Below are positions 39,014 to 47,261 of a stretch of DNA of 64,000 bases, in pieces. Numbering within the stretch: position 1 is the first letter of the stretch; each line of letters starts with the position of its first letter. This DNA comes from Candidatus Woesebacteria bacterium GW2011_GWA1_39_21 (GTDB lineage Bacteria; Patescibacteriota; Microgenomatia; UBA8517). The notes beneath the pieces were generated by a model, which ran no database searches, was not told where the DNA came from, and worked only from the letters and a program-made list of their open reading frames with translations. The position numbers and the translations under genes were made by a program. Location: NCBI GenBank assembly GCA_000993685.1, contig LBWP01000002.1, forward strand, positions 7,993-71,992, in the 5' to 3' direction.

Positions 39014-39694
39014 ATGGCAAAATTTGCACAAAAAATAGAAGCCAGAAAATTGAGAAGAAAAGGTCAAAGTATAAAAGGAATTGCAAAATCACTTAATGTT
39101 TCTCCAGCTTCAGTAAGTGAATGGTGTCATGATATCAGTCTTACTGTTAACCAGATAAAGATTTTAGAACTACACTCAAGGGATCCTTCTTATGGTAGAA
39201 GATTAACTTATTCATTAAAACAGAAGCAACAAAGGGTAGAAAAAACAAAAAGGTTAATGGAAGAAGGAAAAAAAGATGTTGGAATTTTAAGTGAACGCGA
39301 ACTTTTTATAGCTGGGATTGCTCTATATTGGGCTGAAGGGTTTAAGAAAGATAGTCAAGCTGGTTTGGCAAACCTTGATCCTTACATGATTAAATTTTTT
39401 ATTAGGTGGTTGAATGAATGTTTTCACTATCATGTTGACAATCTCATTTTGAGAGTAACTGTAAATATAAGTCATAAAGAGAGAATTAACGAGATTGAGG
39501 GATATTGGTCTACGGTTACAGGATTTCCTGTAGATAAATTTCAAAAACCTTTTTTTCAGAAGGTTTTGTGGAAAAAAGTATATGAGAACCCCAATGACTA
39601 TCATGGAATATTAAGAGTAAAAGTTAGGAAAAGCGTCGATTTTTTGAGAAGACTAAATGGTTGTATTGAAGGTTTGAGAATGACTACAGATTAA
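39014..39694 (+). CDS. HTH + LAGLIDADG-like (LYWAEG) putative endonuclease
   Basis: N-terminal HTH (SIKGIAKSLNVSPASVSEW), GIALYWAEG, NLDP.MIKFFIRWL; located between tRNA loci. Confidence 0.65.
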   Translation: MAKFAQKIEARKLRRKGQSIKGIAKSLNVSPASVSEWCHDISLTVNQIKILELHSRDPSYGRRLTYSLKQKQQRVEKTKRLMEEGKKDVGILSERELFIAGIALYWAEGFKKDSQAGLANLDPYMIKFFIRWLNECFHYHVDNLILRVTVNISHKERINEIEGYWSTVTGFPVDKFQKPFFQKVLWKKVYENPNDYHGILRVKVRKSVDFLRRLNGCIEGLRMTTD

Positions 39695-39711
39695 GATAAA
39701 ATACGTGTTAC

Positions 39712-39785
39712 GCCAGGGTGGCTCACTCGGTACCTGCCCGCAATCGCTAAAGCGATAGCCTTTTGCAGACGGGGAGCACAGGATT
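39712..39785 (+). pseudogene. tRNA 5' half with 41-nt palindromic insert in the D-loop
   Basis: GCCAGGG-TG-GCTC-ACTCGGTA[39733-39773]-GAGC-A-CAGGA-TT; acceptor strand pairs with CTCTGGC at 40015-40021. Confidence 0.7.
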
Positions 39786-39798
39786 AATCACAAAAATT

Positions 39799-39835
39799 GC
39801 CAACGTAGCTCAGCGGTAGAGCAATCGTTTCATAA
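39799..39835 (+). pseudogene. tRNA(CAU) 5' half ending at the anticodon loop
   Basis: GCCAACG-TA-GCTC-AGCGGTA-GAGC-A-ATCGT-TT-CAT-AA, then non-tRNA linker. Confidence 0.8.
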
Positions 39836-39846
39836 CACAAACATTT

Positions 39847-39918
39847 GCCAAGGTAGCTCAGTGGAAGAGCACGCGTTTCATAAGCGCGGTGTCGAGAGTT
39901 CGATCCTCTCCCTTGGCA
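39847..39918 (+). tRNA. tRNA-Met(CAU), elongator-type
   Basis: GCCAAGG/CCTTGGC, CGCGT-TTCATAA-GCGCG, GAGAG-TTCGATC-CTCTC, A73; followed by CAA, not CCA. Confidence 0.9.
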
Positions 39919-39950
39919 CAACAATTTTGAGACATATCAGAATTTTCTGC

Positions 39951-40025
39951 CATAAACCCGCGGTCGTGGGAGAGTAACCAATTTGTCTTAGGCGGGCGAA
40001 TTGTCGATTCCCACCTCTGGCGCCA
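39951..40025 (+). pseudogene. tRNA(CAU) 3' half with hairpin insert in the T-loop
   Basis: CAT-AA-ACCCG-CGGTC-GTGGG-A[~32 nt]TCGATT-CCCAC-CTCTGGC-G-CCA. Confidence 0.7.
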
Positions 40026-40090
40026 GTTTTATCTCCCAAAATGCTTCAAGCCATTTCTCTTTAGTAATTTATTAAGATATAATTCGCTGC

Positions 40091-40363
40091 ATGAAAGCCA
40101 TTAAACAGTTTGTTGAGGAATTAGTAAAGAATAAGGAGAGAGTACTTAAAAGAGAAATTTCAGATATGGAGGCACGGGTTATTCTGGCTGAAAGCGGGAA
40201 ATTTCCTGAGATGAATGAAGAGCTAAGACTAAGAGCAATAGCTTCGAGCGCCGAACATAGGAACAAAGGAACGCTTTTGGGAAGACAAAAATATATTTTA
40301 GATGGAGAAAAGCAGTTAAGGGCAATTATTTTGGGAAAAGAAAGAGATCGAGAGGGGGATTAA
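40091..40363 (+). CDS. Hypothetical helical protein
   Basis: ATG 7 nt after TATAAT; 90 aa. Confidence 0.55.
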   Translation: MKAIKQFVEELVKNKERVLKREISDMEARVILAESGKFPEMNEELRLRAIASSAEHRNKGTLLGRQKYILDGEKQLRAIILGKERDREGD

Positions 40364-40438
40364 TTACGAAAAGAGTATCGCAGCTTAATTGTCTTTCCAT
40401 TTCTTTACTGGTATAATAATTCTCACAATTTAACAAAA

Positions 40439-40709
40439 GCTGCGAAGGGATTGATTGGGATCCTGGAGCTGAATAGGCATTAGTCTATTACGGAGGCGAA
40501 ACCGTAAAAGTCAGCAGCAATTGTCGCGCAAGCGGAGATTGTATCAAATAAGGTTTATTCATTGATATAACTCTTCTTCCGAAGAGTTTTTTAATGGATC
40601 GACAAAACAAGGTGGCAACGTCTTTTAGCTGTTAGCAGTTGGAGTTTAGAAATTAGTTAGAAGGCCCTTGTTTGATCATCATATTTTGGTGGTTAAGCAA
40701 GGGCTTTTT
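40439..40709 (+). promoter_or_regulatory. Trp T-box riboswitch with ultrashort Stem I and intrinsic terminator
   Basis: GA-motif GCTGCGAAGGGAT..ATCCTGGAGC with TGG (40456-40458) in the apical loop; T-box AACAAGG-TGGCAAC (40613-40619) pairs with CCTTGTT; terminator GCCCTTGTTTGATCA..TGGTTAAGCAAGGGC-TTTTT; promoter TTGTCT..TGGTATAAT. Confidence 0.85.
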
Positions 40710-40711
40710 AT

Positions 40712-40921
40712 ATGAAAGAAAATTGTAAAACGTGTGGAGGAAAAGGTGTTATAGATATTGCACAAACTTGGCATGAACTAACGCTATGGTGTCCAAAGTG
40801 CGAAAGGGAAAAATTCGAACATGCGAGTGAGGTTTATATAAAAAAATATGGAATTGACAATTCGAAATCATTGATAAGTTTGGGAAATGAGATGGACGTA
40901 CAAAACAAAATGGAAGATTGA
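40712..40921 (+). CDS. Small zinc-ribbon protein
   Basis: CKTCGGKG..CPKC. Confidence 0.6.
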   Translation: MKENCKTCGGKGVIDIAQTWHELTLWCPKCEREKFEHASEVYIKKYGIDNSKSLISLGNEMDVQNKMED

Positions 40922-40971
40922 TAAATTGGTTTTATAAAATTTATATGTTTATAGTAAGATAGTAATCAATT

Positions 40972-42027
40972 ATGAAAAAACGAATATTATCAGGAATTAG
41001 AGCCACCGGCAGGCTTCATTTGGGAAATTATCTTGGAATGATTAAAGGAATGCTTACTCTTCAAGATGATCCCGAGTATGAAGTTTTCTTCATGGTCGCA
41101 GATTTGCACGCACTAACGACTCCGTTTGATCCGAAAACGTTGGGACCAAACTCCAGAGACGTTGTTTTGGACTATCTTGGCGCAGGTCTTGATCCGGAAA
41201 AAGCGTCGGTTTTTATCCAATCGCACGTTCGAGAACACGTCGAACTTTCCTATCTGTTTTCGACTGAAGTGACAATTGCGAGGTTGGGTCACTTACCAAC
41301 CTACAAAGACAAGCTTAAACAGTTTCCGGAAAATAATACCTTGGCGCTTTTGTACTACCCGGTTTTAATGGCTGCAGATATTTTGCTTTATAAAACGGAA
41401 CTTCTTCCGGTCGGGGATGACCAGCTGCCACATCTTGAGATCTCTCGCGAAATTGCAAGAAAGTTTAATGAAAAATACGGGATGGATTTCCCGGAGCCGG
41501 GACAAATTAAAACAGAAGGACATTACGTTCCATCGCTAACGGGAGAAGGAAAGATGAGTAAGTCGGTAGAAGGGAGTTACATTAATCTGACTGACGATTT
41601 GACGACAATTAAGGAAAAGTTGGCAATAGTTCCGACAGACTCTGGAAAAGGTAAAATCGAAACTCAAAACTCAAATGTCAAAAGTCAAAATGACAACTCA
41701 AAACTCAAAATTTATAAATCTGGAGGAATCGAGTCGAAGGGGATATCTGCATTAATGGCACTGGTAGACTTATTTGAAGGTGAAGAAAAAAGAAAAGAAT
41801 ATGAAGAGAAATATTTGGGAGAGGGTGTTCGGTACGGTAATTTGAAAAATGAACTAGCTGAAGAAATTTATAAAGAACTTGAGCCGATTCAAGCGCGAAG
41901 GAAAAAGTACGAAGACGATCCGGATTTGGTAGAGAAAATCTTAAAAGACGGTGCCGAAAAAGCTCGAAAAATCGCCAAGGAAACAGCCAGAAGATTTGGA
42001 AGGAAAACAGCTTCCTTTTGTTATTAA
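40972..42027 (+). CDS. trpS: Tryptophanyl-tRNA synthetase
   Basis: SGIRATGRLHLGNY, YPVLMAADIL, PVGDDQ, KMSKS. Confidence 0.96.
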   Translation: MKKRILSGIRATGRLHLGNYLGMIKGMLTLQDDPEYEVFFMVADLHALTTPFDPKTLGPNSRDVVLDYLGAGLDPEKASVFIQSHVREHVELSYLFSTEVTIARLGHLPTYKDKLKQFPENNTLALLYYPVLMAADILLYKTELLPVGDDQLPHLEISREIARKFNEKYGMDFPEPGQIKTEGHYVPSLTGEGKMSKSVEGSYINLTDDLTTIKEKLAIVPTDSGKGKIETQNSNVKSQNDNSKLKIYKSGGIESKGISALMALVDLFEGEEKRKEYEEKYLGEGVRYGNLKNELAEEIYKELEPIQARRKKYEDDPDLVEKILKDGAEKARKIAKETARRFGRKTASFCY

Positions 42028-42208
42028 TCTGGAAAAAAAGAAAATCGGCCTGGAGGGTGATCATTCTGAAGGGATGATGTTAATGGCTGTGGCGTCAAAA
42101 AAGGAAATGGGGCAGGATCCGGTAAAGGTTGGCGAGGAAGAAGTTGACGAGTATCCAATTTTGTTCGACCTTCCCGAGAAAGTTTCAAACGGAACAAGAG
42201 TAATGTAG
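41984..42208 (+). pseudogene. C-terminal half of a CsaA/Trbp111-like tRNA-binding OB protein
   Basis: PEDLEGKQLPFVINL..SEGMMLMA..VSNGTRV; N-terminal half missing, overlaps the trpS end out of frame. Confidence 0.7.
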
Positions 42209-42416
42209 GGAATTTGAGTTTACGCGTAAGAGGAAGGAAGTGGAAAATTTCTTTGTATTCTCCATACTTATACTTCCTACAACAACGAATTCTTACATGT
42301 TATAATTCAGCTTGTTTACAGGGAGACTTGTTACTTTACGTAAACGGGTGGAAGTGTTTTGTGGTAAGATAACTGCTACTTCTGTCTCAGGCAGAGATTA
42401 GGTTTCCAAAAATATT

Positions 42417-44354
42417 ATGTTACCGGTTAAATTCAAACTTGTAAAAATCAAAAGTCCCAAAGATCTTGAAAAATTGGTAAAAAGGGATCAAAAACAAGAT
42501 TTGCAAAAAGGGAAGGAAAAAGGTAAAGATGGAAAAAAGAAGGTTGAACTGAAGGTCAAGATTAATCTTTGGAAAGTTCTCATTGTAATCGTTCTCTTTA
42601 TATTTTTCGCCCCGTTTCTTTTTTCTGTTTTTGAAGTTGCAAACTCCAGTCAAAAAGAAGATATCTCGCAGGTACTAACAGACATTAAGGACCACAAAGT
42701 TAAAGAGGTTGTTGTCGAAGGGTCGAAACTCGTTTTGACTTATCAGGATGGCACGATTAAGACGGCTACAAAAGAACCTGCGGAAAGTTTTGCCGAGCTT
42801 TTAAAAAGCGAAGATATCAAACCCTCCGATGTTAAATATAGTGTTGTCGACCAATCGCTATCCCAGACCTTGGGAAGTATTTTAGGGATAGTCCTTCCGA
42901 TTGTCATTACAGGAGTGATCTTTTTCGCCATCCTTCGAGCGCAGAACCGAAGTGCACAAGATATTTTTTCCTTTGGTAGAAGTAAGGCCAAGCTGTTTTC
43001 AAAAGGTAAACAGGATGTAACTTTTGCCGACGTTGCTGGAGTAGACGATGCTAAAAAAGAATTGGAAGAAATTGTCGACTTTCTGAAAAACCCGGCGAAG
43101 TATCGAAAAATTGGCGCGCGTACACCCAAGGGAGTATTGCTTTTTGGCCCGGCGGGAGTTGGTAAAACATTATTGGCAAGAGCTGTTGCCGGACAAGCTG
43201 GAGTACCCTTCTTCTCAATGGCAGGGAGTGAATTTATGGAAATGCTTGTCGGAGTTGGGGCCTCGAGAGTGCGCGATCTGTTCGCTACCGCAAAGGCGCA
43301 GTCTCCCTCCATTATTTTTATAGATGAAGTAGATGCCATCGGACGACAGAGGGGTCGCGGTTTTATTGGTGGACATGACGAAAGAGAGCAAACCTTGAAC
43401 CAGATACTTGTAGAAATGGATGGCTTTACTCCAAATGACAACGTTGTAGTTATTGCTGCGACTAATCGCGGAGATCTTTTAGATCCGGCTCTTTTAAGAC
43501 CTGGTCGCTTTGACAGAAGGGTAATGCTTGACATGCCTGACAAAGATGGGCGTTTGGCTATTTTAAAAATTCACGCCAAAGGTAAAAAATTTGTTAATAA
43601 GATCGACTGGGAAAAAATTGCCGATTCAACCGTCGGTTTTTCCGGAGCAGATCTTGAGAACATGTTAAACGAAGCGGCGATTCTGGCCGCCCGTGATGAC
43701 AAGGAAGCAATTGAGCAGAAAGATATCGATGAAGCCGCAACTAAGGTTAAACTGGGTCCTGCGAAAAAGAGAATGCAATCTGAGGAAGATAAAAAAATTA
43801 CAGCCTATCATGAGGCTGGTCATGCTATCGTCACGCACTTTCAGGCCCATATGGATCCGGTACAAAGAATTTCGATTGTCGCAAGAGGGATGAGTCTTGG
43901 TCACACGCTGATTCCACCGGCTGCTGATCGTACGCACGAGACAAAAACTAGGATTCAGGAACAGGTCGCGGCGATGTTGGGAGGAAGAGCGGCTGAGGAA
44001 GTGGTCTTTAATGAAATGACTTCTGGGGCAAGTAACGATATCGAACAAGCCACCCGGCTTGCCCGAGCAATGGTGGTTGAATTTGGAATGAGCCCACTTG
44101 GCCCGATCAATTTAGGTCCACAGTACGATTCTGACGAAATGGGTAAGGCAATGTATTATGAACCAGCAAATATTTCTCCGGCAATGCTGGAAAAAGTGGA
44201 TGCAGAAATTAAAAAAGTAATGGATGCAGCTTATAAAGAAGCAGTGGTATTGGTTAAGAAAAATAAAACGAAACTGGACAAAGTGGCTGCGGAACTTCTC
44301 AAAACAGAAACCCTTGATCGAGAACAGTTTGAAAAGATTGTTGGGAAGAAATAA
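42417..44354 (+). CDS. ftsH: ATP-dependent zinc metalloprotease FtsH
   Basis: Two TMs, GPAGVGKT, FIDEVDA, ALLRPGRFDR, HEAGH. Confidence 0.98.
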   Translation: MLPVKFKLVKIKSPKDLEKLVKRDQKQDLQKGKEKGKDGKKKVELKVKINLWKVLIVIVLFIFFAPFLFSVFEVANSSQKEDISQVLTDIKDHKVKEVVVEGSKLVLTYQDGTIKTATKEPAESFAELLKSEDIKPSDVKYSVVDQSLSQTLGSILGIVLPIVITGVIFFAILRAQNRSAQDIFSFGRSKAKLFSKGKQDVTFADVAGVDDAKKELEEIVDFLKNPAKYRKIGARTPKGVLLFGPAGVGKTLLARAVAGQAGVPFFSMAGSEFMEMLVGVGASRVRDLFATAKAQSPSIIFIDEVDAIGRQRGRGFIGGHDEREQTLNQILVEMDGFTPNDNVVVIAATNRGDLLDPALLRPGRFDRRVMLDMPDKDGRLAILKIHAKGKKFVNKIDWEKIADSTVGFSGADLENMLNEAAILAARDDKEAIEQKDIDEAATKVKLGPAKKRMQSEEDKKITAYHEAGHAIVTHFQAHMDPVQRISIVARGMSLGHTLIPPAADRTHETKTRIQEQVAAMLGGRAAEEVVFNEMTSGASNDIEQATRLARAMVVEFGMSPLGPINLGPQYDSDEMGKAMYYEPANISPAMLEKVDAEIKKVMDAAYKEAVVLVKKNKTKLDKVAAELLKTETLDREQFEKIVGKK

Positions 44355-44378
44355 CAGGAGGTAAGACAGCGTAGACAA

Positions 44379-44960
44379 CTACCAAGCGGTTCGTTTTTGT
44401 TTCAGATTTCTCATCAACCCGGCAGCGTAGCCTCCGGGAACAGTTGTGGTTTCTTTGATTCCCAATACTTTCAGAAAATCCAGAATTTTTTGATAACTTT
44501 TTTTAACACCGCCTTTGTTTTTAATAGATTCGACTTCGATGAAATACCCAAGATTTTTAACCTCGTCCAGCGCAATTTCAAACTCATTTTTATTGTAAAT
44601 TGTTCTTTTTTTGTCGACTGTCACAAAATTTTCAAAATTCAGAGCTTTGAGAATGTTTTCTATCTGCTCTTTGTTTGCAACTTCTGTTTCGTACTCGTGA
44701 CAGTGGGTCGTGTTTTTAACGCCTTCCGGATACCAATGTTTGAAGTTAAGTGTTACTTTTCCGTCGCGCTGCCGAACCGCCAACCATTTGTAAGGATATT
44801 TTGGCTTTAAAAAACTCTTATCAACCGGATTATAGTAAGCGTCGATGTGGTGAGAAGTTTTTATTTTTTTGGCAATTTTGGAGAGCTGCTTTTCAATTTT
44901 ATCGAACCTCGTTTTTGTCAGCTTAATTTTTATTTCTACTTCAACATTGTCATTAGCCAT
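44379..44960 (-). CDS. CYTH-domain protein (class IV adenylate cyclase-like)
   Basis: EVEIK, KKR, LDEV..LGYFIEVE. Confidence 0.88.
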   Translation of the reverse strand: MANDNVEVEIKIKLTKTRFDKIEKQLSKIAKKIKTSHHIDAYYNPVDKSFLKPKYPYKWLAVRQRDGKVTLNFKHWYPEGVKNTTHCHEYETEVANKEQIENILKALNFENFVTVDKKRTIYNKNEFEIALDEVKNLGYFIEVESIKNKGGVKKSYQKILDFLKVLGIKETTTVPGGYAAGLMRNLKQKRTAW

Positions 44961-45038
44961 TAGCGTATTATACACATTATGACTTGCACTCGTGGGGTTT
45001 GGACATCAAAGATTGTTGAAAAAAAATGACAAAAATAT

Positions 45039-45623
45039 TCAGTCAGGGATTGCAATTGTTTTTTTATAGGGATTTAACTTGTCTTCTCGTGTCGGTTTAT
45101 AACCTTCTGGTAAATTGCGTTTTCTTGCTTCCAACAACTCTTCCACTTGTCTTCTCAACTCTTTGTAAGTTGGGCTGTTTCGCAACGGTCGAAAACCGAA
45201 AGTGAAGCGTGGAATCTTCTTTAAGTATTCAAGTTGTCCCTCAAGTGCCCCAATTTCTGCGGTGTCCAAATTATGTGGTGGTACGCCTCCTATCTCTTTT
45301 GGTGACAAACCGCTTCTCAACGCATGGATGAATTGTTCGATATGGAAAAACTCGTGTACAGCGAGACTTTCGTTGCCGCCGTGTTCAATAAAAGGCACTG
45401 ACGTATTTTTAGTACCGTCAGTGTGTATTTCTGTAAATCCGAAAGGGGTGTCTCGTTCGATAATATTTATGCCACAACCCCGAAATTTTTCGGCCATCTC
45501 TCTGATTTTCAAAGGAGAGAGGTGTTCTCTCTTGATGATTTCTGAAATTAATGGCGCATTGGAATAAAGTTCTTTATCTGATTTGTTGAAATGGGAGGAA
45601 TCTACTTCAATGTTGTTTTCCAT
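45039..45623 (-). CDS. Hypothetical protein with HEXXH motif
   Basis: LAVHEFFHIEQ..AE. Confidence 0.6.
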   Translation of the reverse strand: MENNIEVDSSHFNKSDKELYSNAPLISEIIKREHLSPLKIREMAEKFRGCGINIIERDTPFGFTEIHTDGTKNTSVPFIEHGGNESLAVHEFFHIEQFIHALRSGLSPKEIGGVPPHNLDTAEIGALEGQLEYLKKIPRFTFGFRPLRNSPTYKELRRQVEELLEARKRNLPEGYKPTREDKLNPYKKTIAIPD

Positions 45624-45844
45624 TTAATAATAAGTGTAACAAAGTCTTCGAGCTGAATATATATTGGGTTGAACAATATTCAGAAATTCTTCAGCAGCTT
45701 GATTAGATGTGGTCATTTCACCTGTCATTTGGGTTATTGTATATTACAGGGATTTTTTCGGGTAAAATACAGAAGTGGAGTAAAAGAACAAGAGGGTGAA
45801 AGAGTAAAAATATATGAGCGGAAATGTAAATGGAGGTGTAGAAA

Positions 45845-47260
45845 ATGTCTAAACTTATACTTATAGATGGGAATGCGATTATGCATCGGGCGTATCACGC
45901 ACTGCCTCCGCTGACGACAAAATCCGGCGAGCCGATTAATGCTGTTTACGGTTTTATCTCGATGCTTTTGGGGATAATAGCTGATATGAAACCGACGCAT
46001 CTTGCAGTATGTTTTGACAGACCCGAAAAAACTTTTCGCAGGGAAAAATATATCCACTACCAAGCCCAGCGGCCGGAAATGGATGATTTATTGGTTACTC
46101 AAATAACCAAAATGCACGGTGTTTTGCAAGCTTTTAAAATTCCTGTTTATGAAAAAGCCGGATATGAGGCGGATGATTTGCTTGGCACAATTGCCAAGCA
46201 AACTCAAAACTCAAATGTCAAAAGTCAAAATGAAAAATCAAAACTTAAAATTGATGAAACAGTGATTGTAACTGGAGATAGGGATATCTTTCAGTTGATT
46301 ACTAAAAAAGTCAAAGTATATTTCCCGATAAAAGGAATTAAGGAAGGAAAATTATACGGCGTTTCTGACGTCAAACACGAATTTGATTTTGAGCCGATTA
46401 AAATGATTGACTACAAATCTCTGGTGGGGGATTCTTCAGATAATTACCCCGGAGTTACCGGAATAGGTCCAAAAACGGCGATTGGTTTACTGAACAAATT
46501 TCAAACAAAACAAAACATTTATAAACACCTTGAAGACATTCCGGAAAAAACCAGGACAAAATTAGAGCAGGGAAAAGATATGGCAGACATGTCGTACGAC
46601 CTGGCGACAATCCGCACAAATGTTCCAGTTGAGGTAGACATCAAAAAAATGGGCGATTGGGATTTGGGGAGCATGGAGGCAATAAGGCTTTTTATGAGTT
46701 ATGGTTTTAGAACCTTGCTTGGAAGAATTACAAACGGGAACGAAGTGGCGAAAGTTGCAGCCTTAAAAAAAGACCTGAAGAAAAGAGACGTTGAAGAAGT
46801 AGCAATTGTTTTGGCTAAAAAATTAAAAAATGGTCAATTTGCAATACGCGGAACAGCAAATATGGTTTTGCAAGGTCTGGATATGGGTGTAGCCGATATT
46901 GATTTAATTGCAGATAAAGATACCGCGCTTTCGATGAATAAAATATTTAATAAAGAGCTATTGGAAGAGGTGAAGTTTTCAGAAGCGGACAAGTTCAGAT
47001 CGTACTTCGGAAAGTTTGTTATAAAAGGCGTTTTGGTAGAGATGATGGGAGAATTTCAAGTCAAAGATAAAAATGGTGTGTGGAGCGAAAAATTGGACGC
47101 TTCGGAGGATGAAGTCGTTGAAATAAAAATTGCTGGAAATAAAGTAAAAGTTACGAGACTGGATTTAGAAATGAAATTTTCAGCAATGATGGGCCGCTTC
47201 AACGAGTTAAATAAAATTAAGAAACAGGTTGACTTGAAGCTACAGGGAAGCTTGTTTTAA
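45845..47260 (+). CDS. 5'-3' exonuclease (PolA N-terminal/FEN) fused to a nucleotidyltransferase-like domain
   Basis: LIDGN..RAYHA, YEADD, TGDRD, GDSSDNYPGVTGIGPKTA; C-terminal IRGTA..DIDL; ends QGSLF. Confidence 0.85.
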   Translation: MSKLILIDGNAIMHRAYHALPPLTTKSGEPINAVYGFISMLLGIIADMKPTHLAVCFDRPEKTFRREKYIHYQAQRPEMDDLLVTQITKMHGVLQAFKIPVYEKAGYEADDLLGTIAKQTQNSNVKSQNEKSKLKIDETVIVTGDRDIFQLITKKVKVYFPIKGIKEGKLYGVSDVKHEFDFEPIKMIDYKSLVGDSSDNYPGVTGIGPKTAIGLLNKFQTKQNIYKHLEDIPEKTRTKLEQGKDMADMSYDLATIRTNVPVEVDIKKMGDWDLGSMEAIRLFMSYGFRTLLGRITNGNEVAKVAALKKDLKKRDVEEVAIVLAKKLKNGQFAIRGTANMVLQGLDMGVADIDLIADKDTALSMNKIFNKELLEEVKFSEADKFRSYFGKFVIKGVLVEMMGEFQVKDKNGVWSEKLDASEDEVVEIKIAGNKVKVTRLDLEMKFSAMMGRFNELNKIKKQVDLKLQGSLF

Positions 47261-47261
47261 T

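Noticed and set aside
40468-40515. Hammerhead-like CTGA..CGAAAC
   Set aside because: Core is not CUGANGA; explained by T-box Stem II region
42743-43543. 266-aa antisense ORF in ftsH and other antisense ORFs in rpoD, nrdJ and PBP genes
   Set aside because: Shadows of conserved genes with no independent motifs
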